Assembly (NCBI GenBank): GCA_973895155.1
Contig: OZ316896.1
Span: 8,453,539 to 8,517,538 of the forward strand
Direction: 5' to 3'
DNA from: Marsupella aquatica
Taxonomy: Eukaryota; Plantae; Marchantiophyta
Length of the DNA: 64,000 nt
A model generated the notes under the pieces. The model was not told the DNA's origin, did not search any database, and saw nothing but the letters and a program-made list of their open reading frames with translations. The first letter of the stretch is position 1. The number at the start of each line of letters is the position of its first letter. The position numbers were made by a program, and so were the translations under genes. Below are positions 47,221 to 58,700 of this stretch, piece after piece.

Positions 47221-48581
47221 TCTCCACACTGATTTTGTAATCATGAATTGGATCAATGCTACTGTACTGTTATAAAGATTTCACATTTTGAAAACAACAT
47301 ACACTTTGACTTCCTCCAATTCAGCTAATTCCAGGAAATCAATATACACTAACTCACTAAAATATTTGAACTTTTGAACTTCTCTTCGATAGAAGTCTAA
47401 GCCCAGATGGAGTGCAATGCTGGTTGTAGAGCCCAGATGTACCGGAGCCAAACCTAAAAACAAATCTTGGATAGCATCATTTACAGATTTGTCCAAAAGA
47501 TAACCTGTAAGTGGCTCATAAGGTATTAGACTTATACTTAAATGTAGAGGGTGGAACTCGAAAAGGTGAGGTGAGTTAGACCCTGAAAACTCAGGAGGAA
47601 AGTGTAACCGTAAAAACTATTCTGAAACGTCAACTCACTAAAAGTGAGGTTGAGTTTTGCATCTCGATAGTGCAAGTTGAGCAAGGACAGACATGCTAAG
47701 TAATAGCAACTTCTATTGAATTGAAGCAACACTAAATCATTCAAGGCAACCTCTCCAAGCTACTGTAAAGATTGCGCATGGTTCGCGCTAAGAACATTCA
47801 AAGAAATTTTCTAGCAAACAAAAAGAGAAAAATCAGTAGCAAATGTAGAGGATTGAGCAAAGACCAAGCTCTGCGCAGTTGCTTCTTGAGCGAAGATCAT
47901 GAGAAACAATTCCAGAGCCGCACACCGCATACATGTCCTCTCAATCATGAAGCCTCTATGACAACACTTGCATTCTTAAAGTCTCTATGTCAGCACGTTC
48001 ATTCTCAAAGCCCCTATGGCAGCACAAACAAACAAAGTTGGGGACACAAACTTAGGGTGCATACGACAATTGAACACACAACAGTTCATATTGAGGTGAA
48101 ACTTTAACTCACCGTGTATCCGAGTTGAAATAAGGGATGATTCACTTGCTTTCTGGCACTTGACAGAAAACTCTATTAGTCACTTAATAATTAGGTTTGT
48201 GCAGAAAACAATTAAGTAAAAAACTGGCTTCCAGCACAATCACTACGACATTCCAAAAAAGGTGGGCAGGCCCTTTTAGAAAATTGAGAGGAAGTACTAT
48301 TCTAGACACGGCAGCTTGAAAAGCAATACATCAATCAGTAGAAAAGCCCCATAACCCATGTCCTTTGAAATAGGCCACAAGCACAACACATGTTTTACCA
48401 AGGGGAAAAGTAGACTAAGAAAACCTCTGGGCTGGGAAAATTATTAATGGCCATGTGAGAAGGCCCGTACTCAAGTTAAAATTATAACTTTTGGCTATAT
48501 ATACAAACCTTGTGACTACTATGGTTCACAATGACTATAGGTTTTGGTTTAGTAACCGTCCTGGTTTCTGCCACTCAACTG

Positions 48582-48888
48582 TGTAAGAAACCATCGGCTT
48601 CGAACAACAATGCAAAACATGAGAGAGACACAGACTCCATTAGAAGCTACACTGACAAGACACTCCAAGTGGAGAAACTCCTGTTCAAGGATCCATAGCA
48701 TATGAGAGTACACGTGACGAATGAAGGAAAAAATGCTCTCCCTCCAAAGTCTAAGATGTGTGAGCCTAAATAAGTGGATCTTATCCTAATCTAACTAAGG
48801 GTCAACTAACACTAGTAAGGCCAAACTAACTAGAAGTCGGGAACTGAGAGTCAATTCGTGAAAAGCTGGTTGTCAATTCTCCTTTACA
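48582..48888 (-). mobile_element. Solo LTR (307 bp), same family as 14245-14535
   Basis: Termini TGTAA...TTACA. Reverse complement aligns to the upstream LTR (e.g. taggataagatccacttatt.aggctcacacatcttag, ttggagggagagcatt). No PBS follows. Flanks aactg / acctt (3/5) may be an eroded 5-bp TSD. Confidence 0.82.
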
Positions 48889-50294
48889 ACCTTGAGTGAC
48901 AACAAGCTACTTTATCTTATTTGGCGATCGTGCGAAAAGGTGAGCCTATACTTTCATGGGTTTGTGTTGTGTTTTGCAATGTGCAATGTATTTCCACCAT
49001 AGCTAATCCCTGTGAGTCATTCATACTAAACATCTTCTACTTGTCGTGTGAAAAGGAAGCATGTGCTTTCATGGCTTTCTCTGAACTGTATCCGACATTG
49101 CTAATCCATATGAGTGTTATTCATACAAAAGATAGCCTTACTTGTGTGACAAGTGAGCACATACTTTCATGGCTTTTTGTTGTCTTTTGCAAGGTGTAGC
49201 TCAACCCATAAGTTTTCCATTATAGCTAATTCATGTGTCTTCCGTACGAAAGGTGGTCACCTTCTCATGTTCTCACTCTGCTAAACAAATAGCTCCGGTA
49301 GAAGAGAGAACCTCTTGAGCTTCTTGCTACTTCAATTTTCCAAGGTCGGCTTCAACTTTTGTTTTTCAGTGGCTTCTGTTTAGTTCCATTCTTTGTTGTG
49401 AGTGACTACTGCTTTAGCCAATGGTCCGTCTGTTGCTCGGGCTGTTGCTCAGTGTTTGTTGCTTCCAAAATCTATGGTTCTGAGTGCATGTTGATATTTG
49501 ATTTTGAGGTTTTGCTGCAATATCTCGCCCAGTGTTGTCACAAACAGTGTGACAGAAGTCTCAGCCCTCTAACTAACAATGTGAATTAGCCTTGATAGGT
49601 GATGATTTGCTGCAGTGGTAGGCTTCTCTTTGCTTCCAATCTGTTATGTTCGTCTTTGTGTCTGCACATCTCAGTCTCTCCCTATGCGGTCATGCTTCTC
49701 TTTGCTTCCCAATGTCTTTGGTTTCCAATGTCCCAATGGAATACTTGTGTCACCTCCTAGCTTTCGAGTTGAAACCCGTGCCAACACTTTTTGAATCCAT
49801 ACCTGGCTCCAATACAGCTGTATTCATCAAAGCTACTTGGCCCACACCACCCCGAGCAAGTCTCCTTTTGTCAACCTCTTTGGCTTTATTTAGAAGAATC
49901 ACCATTCATTTTTGTGGTTATAGAAGGATTATTCTCTCCCTGTCAGAGAATCGAACTGAATGTGCAAGAATGGGATTACCGAGTATCCCCAACTAAAGAC
50001 TTGATTGGATTTAACTGAATGAATTGAATAGAATTGTATTCAGACATTCAATTAAATCATTAGGTTGGTCCATTCGTCGAAGAATTTGGATGTGCATTAT
50101 TTTAATTCTTACAACAACTTCAACGCTATTGATTTTGCGGCTTCAAATCCATTGTCAAAGGAACTTTCTTAACGTGGATACACTGGGAGGACCCCGAACG
50201 GAATATGTAAGGCGTCAATTGCAGGACCTGTTAATCACAAGCTTTGGGGATGAGGTATGTGCTTGGTGGAACCTCACAATGAAAATCCTTCCTT

Positions 50295-50720
50295 AGTGAT
50301 CCAGACCATCGATAGACCTTGAATCAGTGTCCAAAATAGTGAGTGATTCAGTGATTCAGACCATTGATAGACATTGAATATTGTACCCACCCAAAACAGT
50401 GAGTGCTTCACCCACCCAAAACAATGAGTGATTTAGACCATTGATAGACCTTGAATGATCCGGACCATTGATAGACCTTGAATCAACATACCCAAAACAA
50501 TGATCCAGACCAGACCATTGATAGACCTTGAATCAACCCACCCAAAACAGTGAGTGATTCTGACCATTGATAGACCTTGAATGATCCAGACCTTAATAGA
50601 CCTTGAATCAAGATACCCAAAACAGTGATCCAGACCATTGATTGACCTTGAATTGACGCATCCAAAAGAGTGATCCCGAGTGCTTTGCCTTTGATAAACC
50701 TTGAATCAACGCACCCAAAA
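50295..50720. repeat. Minisatellite with core gatccagaccattgatagaccttgaat
   Basis: About 9 core copies alternating irregularly with cacccaaaacagtgagt spacers. Confidence 0.92.
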
Positions 50721-51753
50721 CTTCAGGGATCCTATTAAGGAACACTTTTCATGATGGGTCCCATCAAACAAATACCTCACAGACCAGTGGAGATTGGTAC
50801 CTATGTTTGAATGTTCAGTTTCCATCTCATCAGAAGGAGAATTGGAAAGAAGCCAAGGAGGAGCCTTCTTTCCAATCATCTAAGCTTGCACCCAGGAATA
50901 AGTTGCAGGTCCTTAAACATGCAGGAAGTTTTGAATTGATCTCTGTAATGCAGCAGTGGGACTCACTAGATTGTCTTACTATTTTCTATTAATTGGGTGG
51001 TGCAAAAGTAAACTGAAACTAAGAAAGATTGTGATACTGGCTGTTACCATTTTTGGAGACATACTGACAACTGAAGAAAAGTTGATGCAAGAGCTGCCCT
51101 GCACCCTCCACCCTTCACCCTACACGGACCCCAGACAACTACCATCCCCTAAATTATTTTTGCCTGCATGCAACAAATTTTGCCCATTAGTGTTGGTGCA
51201 CACAACAAATTCGGTGAGAAGTAAAGTCCAAATCATAGAGAAAAATGATTGTTTGGATTTTAACACTGAACACCCAATGGTGCTAACATTCCAGGCTGCA
51301 CCCACATGCTGGTTATTGGTTGAGCTTTAGTTTAGCTGAGTGATGGGGACGCAAAACTGTCCCCATAACGCATTGTCAAAAACCGTATATCATGTATATC
51401 AAATTGTGAATCTGTATTGTTACAAAACCATGTTGTTCAGCATGTTGGGAGCATGTCATTTGGTCCGGGGCCTGGTATCATCCAGTGCTTTTTCAGTTGG
51501 CCAATTACTGGCAAATGCAAAAAAATAGGGCAAAAAACAATCAAAATGCACCAGAATCTGTCTTCATTGCAGTTAGATTTGACCCATCTTTGAAGATCTG
51601 ATGGTTATCCTAAAGACAAGTAAAGATCTTTAACATCAGGACATGTTATGACTTTCCATAATTTTAGTATTAGTTACAAGTAAATATTAGATGGGTCCCA
51701 TTTATTTTCCTTCCTAGACCATAGAGGCATTTGCAAATTCAACTCCCTCTCTA

Positions 51754-51890
51754 GAGGGATATAGTTGATGGACCCCCAAAATGAAAAGTGTTGCTTGATG
51801 GACCCCACGAGTGATCCCGTGAGTTGATATACCTTAAATCATCCTATCCAAAACCTCAATGGGCCATGGGGTCTATCAACTAACACTCTT
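51754..51890. mobile_element. Short degenerate MITE with termini resembling the MULE TIR
   Basis: Left gagggatatagttgatggacccc, right ggggtctatcaacta (inverted). Similar to gagagatatacttagtggacc of 10743-12268. No TSD match. Confidence 0.45.
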
Positions 51891-52292
51891 CCATTTAGAG
51901 TTCTATCAAGTACATCTCTTCCGCTCTCACATAGGGAAAAATTCACCATGGCAGTGCTCGGTGATGCGGGGTGACACCACAGAACAGGGTAGATGACATT
52001 CAGGGTTGTGCACATGTTTTCAACCAATGTGAGGGTAGGAAAGAACATGTTCAGTACAAGGGCAGACTTGGTTGGGTTAAAGTTTTTTACTGTTATTTGT
52101 GCTGGGGTGGGAAAAACAAAAATATTTAGCTTGTGTCATTGCTGGTAAAACTCATTGGCTCTGGAGGATGAAAATGTGTGATAGCAGTAAAACTCGCTTC
52201 CTGTTAAAACGCCTGAATGTATGGTTAGAGGCTATGGGACCTCGGGGCTATGGGTAGGAGGGGTATCCGATAGGAGGGCCATGGAGGAGGGC

Positions 52293-52331
52293 CATATACC
52301 TAGCCATAGGAGGCATATGGCTAGGTATATG
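52293..52331. other. Perfect 16-bp-stem hairpin
   Basis: catatacctagccata-ggaggca-tatggctaggtatatg. Confidence 0.9.
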
Positions 52332-53680
52332 ATTGGAGGGTGGGGAGGAGGTGAAGGGGATTGGAGGGCTATGGGTAATCATGAGATTGGGACCTAAACC
52401 AGGTTGATGATGTACAGCTTAATTAAATAAAGTAGGAAGCGCAGACTTGTGTGCCACTATTGTCAACCCTAAAGGACAAAATAAATAAGTTGTGCAATAT
52501 CTTAGAAATTTAACATTTAAATCTACTAGCCCTGACTATCCGTTCTTTGAACATGAATAACAGGGAAGACAATAAAAATGTCACATAAATATATTTTTTA
52601 TTCACATATTTTGAAGATTAATAAAATGATAAAAAAAATTATCATACATATCATCATTTTAATAATCAGACATAACATACCATAGTACTCTTTTCTATGC
52701 ACATTCCTAGTTTTTCTATCCTACATCCCACTCATGCACATATAATATGGTGCGGCCATAGAGATCAATTTTTAATATAAATATAAATCATAACAAAAAG
52801 CAGTTATGGTTATCATTTGACATGACATACATCATAGACATTAGTTTTCTCATGATGAGCCATGAAGTTAAGGTCTAGAGGCTTCACTCTAGAAGCCTAG
52901 GCCCCAACTCTAACTTGTAGTTGCAGATTTATAAATAAAATATTGAGAAAGGAGATTACATCCAATGCTAGCCCCACCTCTATATATTCCTAAATATTCA
53001 ACTTGCACATTGCATGGGTGCTCATCCTTTGAGTAATGGGACAATAATTTTAAAGTCCAATCAGACTACCAGACTGTACCGTCACCGTCTGACAAATGTG
53101 AGCCACAGACTAACTAATAAGACAATTGTGTGTCTCAAATATATGTCAAATTGTCAAAATGCCAAGGGACATGGTCACAAAGGCAAAGCAACCTAAGGGG
53201 AAATGGAAAAAGGCAACAAGAAGACCAAAGGAAACAAACAGGCCAAAATGTCCCTCCACAACAACCAAAGAAATAAAGACCTGGCGTCTCAAAGCTTCTT
53301 AGGTAGGCGTGATGGCTTTGGCCATTAACAGATGAGGGAGACTTTTGCTTACAAACATATTCATAGCTTTTTCACAAGGTTACATAACAATTTTAATTTA
53401 TTTTTCATTAACCTCTACAGTGACTTATTGTCATGGCCTAAGGACCAATGTTTACGACAAAAGGTATCGACCACGAATTGGTAATACATAATCCTTTATG
53501 TCTCTAACCTTAGCCACAATTAGGTACATCAAATTTTGAGTTTTGAGACCCCTAATAATCTATTTAATGCACAATCAGACTATTCCTACCAGACTGTACC
53601 GTCATCGTCTGACGAATGCGAGCGACAGCGAGCCTCCTCCTGGTCAACGACGTGCAGCTGGTTTCCCGGCTCCCGTTAGC

Positions 53681-53890
53681 ACCCGTCGCCGGCCCTCACC
53701 AGCGCCATTTCTCCCGTCGCCGGCCCTCACCAGTGCCATTTCTCCCGTCGCCGGTCCTCACCAGTGCCAGTTTACTAGTCGCCGGTATTCATCGCCGTTT
53801 CACCCGTCGCCGGTAATCAGTGCCATTTCACCACTGGCCGGTAATCGGTAATCAGCGCCGTTATACCCGTGGCCGGTAAGCACTGCCATT
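53681..53890. repeat. GC-rich ~30-bp tandem repeats upstream of the SYT6 leader
   Basis: cccgtcgccggccctcaccag(c/t)gccatttct x3, followed by degenerate gccggtaa/gccattt copies. Confidence 0.88.
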
Positions 53891-55050
53891 TTACCGATAG
53901 ACACAGAGAGAGGGAGATGAGCGAAGGAAGAAAAGAACGAATCATCGAAGCCAACGAAACAGAAATTGGAGCCGAGTGGAGAGTACAGTAGTAGTGGAGT
54001 GCAGTAGAGTAGACGGGGCGAGGAGGAGAGGAGACGAGAGGAGTGGAAGGAGAAGGAGTGGACGAAGGCACCGAAAAGCCGACGGCGTTGCGCAGATTCG
54101 CGGGCGAGAGAACAGGAGGGAAGGAGCCAGGGAGGGGAGGACACACGGTGGTCGATCATTCGAATTGGTTCCCCACGATCCGGTTGTCGTTGCTGCTGCG
54201 ATTCGAAGGGGCAGCATAGCCCTGCTGGAGCTCGGATTGAATGCTGGACCGTCCGGCACTGCGACGACTCGCCCTCCCACCTTCGTTCCCTCGTCGTGCC
54301 GACTGCCGAGGTCACGCTGGGCTCTCCTCCTCCTCACTCAGGCAGGTCTTTCGGTCTCTTCTCATTCTCATCGGTCTGATTCCGTCGCACCACGGCTTTC
54401 CGGGCCTGGCAGAATGGTACGAGTGAGTGAGTCTAGTAGTCTGTCTGCGGTGATGAGTGATTCTGTCGGAGAGAGAGACGGAGTGGGAGGGATGAGGGGG
54501 AGGAGCTGCCGATAGGAGACGGAACGACGAGTAGCTGCGGGATGCGGAGGCGAACGACATACGAGGGAGGCGAGAATAACTTCGGAGAACGAATAGGAAG
54601 CACGGGAGGGAGGACAGATTGTTCATCTGATTGTCTGGGCATGACAGGTCCGGTGTTGAGTTGGTTAGAGACATCAATTGGGGTTGTCAATTGAGTCGTT
54701 TCGGATGCGATTGCGGGCAAGGAAGGATTTCGGTAGTGGCTCTGTTCATCGCGCGGAACGACCAGATCAGGGAGCGGCTCGGCAGTGAATACGATTAGGA
54801 GTGAGTCGGTGGAGTTGAGCAGGCAGGAAGCCAGTCAGTCAGTCAGTCAGGCAAGTCGGTGGGTCTGCATAGGCATATTGGATCGGAAGGAGCTAGGAAG
54901 AACTGAAGAACAGAAAGAAATGGTCTAAGCAGAGGACCATAAGCATATGACACTTTTGGAGGACGGAGGTCTGGTTTCTAGGTTGTGAGTGAGTCGTTTC
55001 GAAACAGGATTGTCGTGTATGATCAGATCCATGGGTTTTTCCTGAAGAGG

Positions 55051-55351
55051 CATTACAGCACTAGGCAGAGACAGACCGACATCGTACGTACGTCCTTAGT
55101 ATCCACCTTTGGGAATTGTAGATGAAGCTGTGAAGCAAGAAGGAAGGAACGAGGCAAACATGCGATTAGTTTGGATGTCGCTTTCTCGGGCAACTACTGA
55201 GACATTACAGTTCTAGACAGAGAAAGACCGGCATCGTACGGACGTTCTTAGTATCCACCCTTGGGAATTGTAGATGAAGCTGTGAAGCAAGAAGGAAGGA
55301 ACGAGGCAAACATGCGATTAGTTTGGGTGTCGCTGTCTCGGGCAACTACTG
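55051..55351. repeat. 152-bp tandem duplication in the SYT6 5' region
   Basis: cattacag...ttgggaattgtagatgaagctgtgaagcaagaaggaaggaacgaggcaaacatgcgattagtttgg...tctcgggcaactactg at 55051 and 55203. Confidence 0.95.
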
Positions 55352-55746
55352 GTTTGGCATCTGATCCGCGACAAGAATATGTCAGCTGAAATTGTGGTAC
55401 TTGCACAGAGACGATACAGTTCCACCGTTTGTGAAATTGCGTTCGCTGATACCACTTCCTTCTACATCTACGATGTTATTTGGGGAAGAGTCAGAAAGAG
55501 GACCCATAGCGCAGCTGCTTTCTATTGTCCAGCATTTCGTGAACCCGAGTTTCCAAATCTGGTCTATGTTCTTTAATTCCCCCCTCCACCGAATGTTTGC
55601 TTGTGCACGGTAGCTCTTCCCGAATTGGGGCGGAAATGACTTAGCGCCCACCATATATTTCGTTGCCCCCTGAAAGAGAAGAACCAGATCTAGCGGAGAG
55701 TTGTTGGTTGTGTACTTTCTGGGCGGACTTGGATGATCAGAGCAAT

Positions 55747-58700
55747 ATGTCGCGACGGCTGGTGGAGAATGCTACCAGGGAAGCGCAAGCGTTGTGGAGT
55801 AATCTAGTCGAAGAGAAGCCCCTACTTCCATTTCTTATACCGCTGGTTCTGATCGCCTGGTTTCTTGAACGATGGATCATCCCCCTATCCAACTGGGTTC
55901 CTGTCTGCTTCATTGTTTGGGCTACTCTTGAGGTTTGCATTTCCTCAGCATGACTTTGCATAACTAATTTATAGCTCATTCAAAGTCGCATAGGAGTCTC
56001 AGTTTTGGTTGTGGTTACAGCTGGGAGACTGGACGATGCTGTAGTCGAAAGTTGGTACTTTAAGAAACTGATATATTTTTTCGTATCTGAAACTCTGCCC
56101 ATGCTTTCTCCAATTTCGTTGAAGCTAAGGGTCATCTCGCAATCATTGTCAGAGATTCGGTGTCGCATTTATGTCATGACAATAATAATATTCTTTGTTA
56201 GTTGGCATTGACAGTGACTTGCGTGTCGATTTTCGAAGAAATAGCTGTACCCGTGCAATCGATTATATGAGTGGTGTTTTTCTGACTGTTATTTTGCGCA
56301 GTATGGAAAATTCCAACGCAGTCAAGTAATAGAGGACCTTAATAATCGATGGAAACGCCACATCCTATCAAGCCAGGTGCGTTGTTTGGGATGACTACAC
56401 AGCGATAGATTTTTGAAAGCACGTAGTACGTCTAACAAGATTATTCTGGCACAACAGTCCTGGCTCTGAAGGTTGAACGTGCTCCGCTTGTTTGGAAGGT
56501 AATTTCTGGCCTTGCTCTTATCACATTTCGTTTACTTCGTGCAGCCAGATACCGCTCGAGAACCTACAGAGTGGCTCAACAAGCTTCTCATGAATGTGTG
56601 GCCCAACTTTGTCGAACCAAAGTTGGTACGAAAACTGCTCCGAAGTGTGCAAAGGAGGATTAAAGATAAGAGGCCCAGGCCCATTGTGAGTATTTTGACT
56701 ACTATACCCAGCTCCCCGTTGTCACTGAAGTGAATGAAGACTATCTCTTTTTGAGGTCAGGGACTGTATGCCCAAATCTCTTGTATATGCTCGGAACTTA
56801 GAACATGTGGTATTTTTAAAATTACAAAAGTTGGTTTCTTCTAGTTTACAGCCATGACACTATACTGGCAAAATTTGTTGAAATTCATGCTTGCTTTCTG
56901 CAGCAAAGTATTGAAATTCAAGAACTCTTTCTTGGTACTGCACCTCCGATTTTTGGTCTGGATCGAACTTATTGGTCATCAGAAAGCGGTCAGGTGGGTA
57001 TCTTTTGCTTCAGAAGCCTGAGGCAATGATTTGGACTTTATTGCTAACCATTCTATGTGGAGAGTGATCACTCATGACTTGAAATCAATAATGACTCTTA
57101 ATCAATGGCTTACCCGTTTTTGACATTAAGTGAGTAGCGAGGAAGATGTGGTTGAGCAATTACTCAACAATTGCTAGTTTTTTTTGTTTTTTTTTGTATA
57201 TGTGACAAGCCTTGCACCAGCATGATCTTCCCCTCACTAGAATCCCTTAATAGTCATCGAATTATAGCACCTCAAAGTGCGAATCAATCCTTATCTGAAT
57301 GAGATCAAGATCTAGCCGTCAACCCTGAATTGTGGCAATTAGGCAGATATCAGTCTTTCCTATTTTCCCACTCATTCAGGCTAAGGAGAGTAAATGTGTT
57401 TCAGGGTTTCTCGCTCATTCATAAGGTACATCTGGATTTGTGCAGCCAGTACTACATATGGGTTTCCAGTGGGATACAAACGAGATGAGTGTGCTATTGG
57501 CAGCAAAGCTTGGTGGTCCCTTGCGGGGAAAGATGGCTCGAATTGTTATTAACAGCGTTCATGTGAAGGGTGATGTATGCACGTTACTCTTGCCTGGCTG
57601 CATTTGAAGTGTATCAGTTGAGAAAAAGCAGCAATTTAGGCGTTTGATTGATTGAATTGTGTTGTCCATATGTGAGTCTAGAAGGGTGAAGTCTTTGTGA
57701 CAACCTGGATGACACCCCAAAATATGGTCTTGGCTCGTGCTTGAGCTGTTGTGCGTTACCTGGCCCTGCACGTTCTAATTTTTGAAAATGTGCACTTTGC
57801 AGCTCCGACTTCGACCTATTTTGGATGGACAAGCGGTGCTCTATTCATTTTACGATGTTCCTGATGTCAGGGTTGGAGTTGCATTTGGGAGTGGCAGCAG
57901 CCAAACTGCTCCACAGACTGAGCTTCCAGTTGTGTCATCATGGCTGGTATGCACCTCATTCTGTTACTTTATTACAAGTCTGAACTTAAGTGAGAATAAA
58001 ATTTCTTTCTTGTTTAGCCAGGCACACATGAATCCTTTCATTCTTTGGCCAATTTCAAAATTTGTTTTCGCAAAGGATTAAAACGTACTGTGTAAGAACA
58101 AAGAATTGCGATGATTGGAATTAAGGAGGAGCGTTTCTGGCGGCTTTACAAGTCTTATCTGAAATTGTCATTCTCTTGCGCAGGAGAAGCTTCTAAAGGA
58201 CACTTTTGTCAGGACAATGGTTGAACCCCGCCGAAGATGCTTCTCATTACCCCCAGTAGATTTAAAAAAGCATGCAGTTGGTGGGATTGTTAGTGTTACG
58301 GTGGTATCTGGCAGCAATCTTTCCAAACCAGTTACCACAAATATTGTAAGGGCGCACTCTGTTGACAGTAAGAAGTCGTCCTCCAATGGCCAGCATGTCA
58401 CTCATACTGATAAGGTCCAGCGGACTTTTGTCGAGATGACAGTGGAGGACTTAACCCGAAAAACCCGTTTGTGTCCAAAGGGGGGATCATGTCCTGGTTG
58501 GAATGATAGTTTTGATATGGTGCTACATGATGATACTGGAACCCTTCATTTGAATGTGTACGAGCAAGGAAACAGCAACATGAAGTTTGACTTCCTTGGT
58601 AGCTGTGAAATAAAGGTTAGCTGGAAACTTCCTGAGTCCTCATTCTGAATGGAAGCACTTTCATCCTTTCTTGCCCTGCTGCACTGTTTCAAGATGCCTG

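Noticed and set aside
50295-50720. Repeat-spacer-like pattern
   Set aside because: The spacers are copies of one another, so this is a minisatellite and not CRISPR.
53543-54720. Overlapping 100-180 aa ORFs on both strands
   Set aside because: GC- and GA-rich repeat and leader sequence with few stops; low-complexity translations with no domain.
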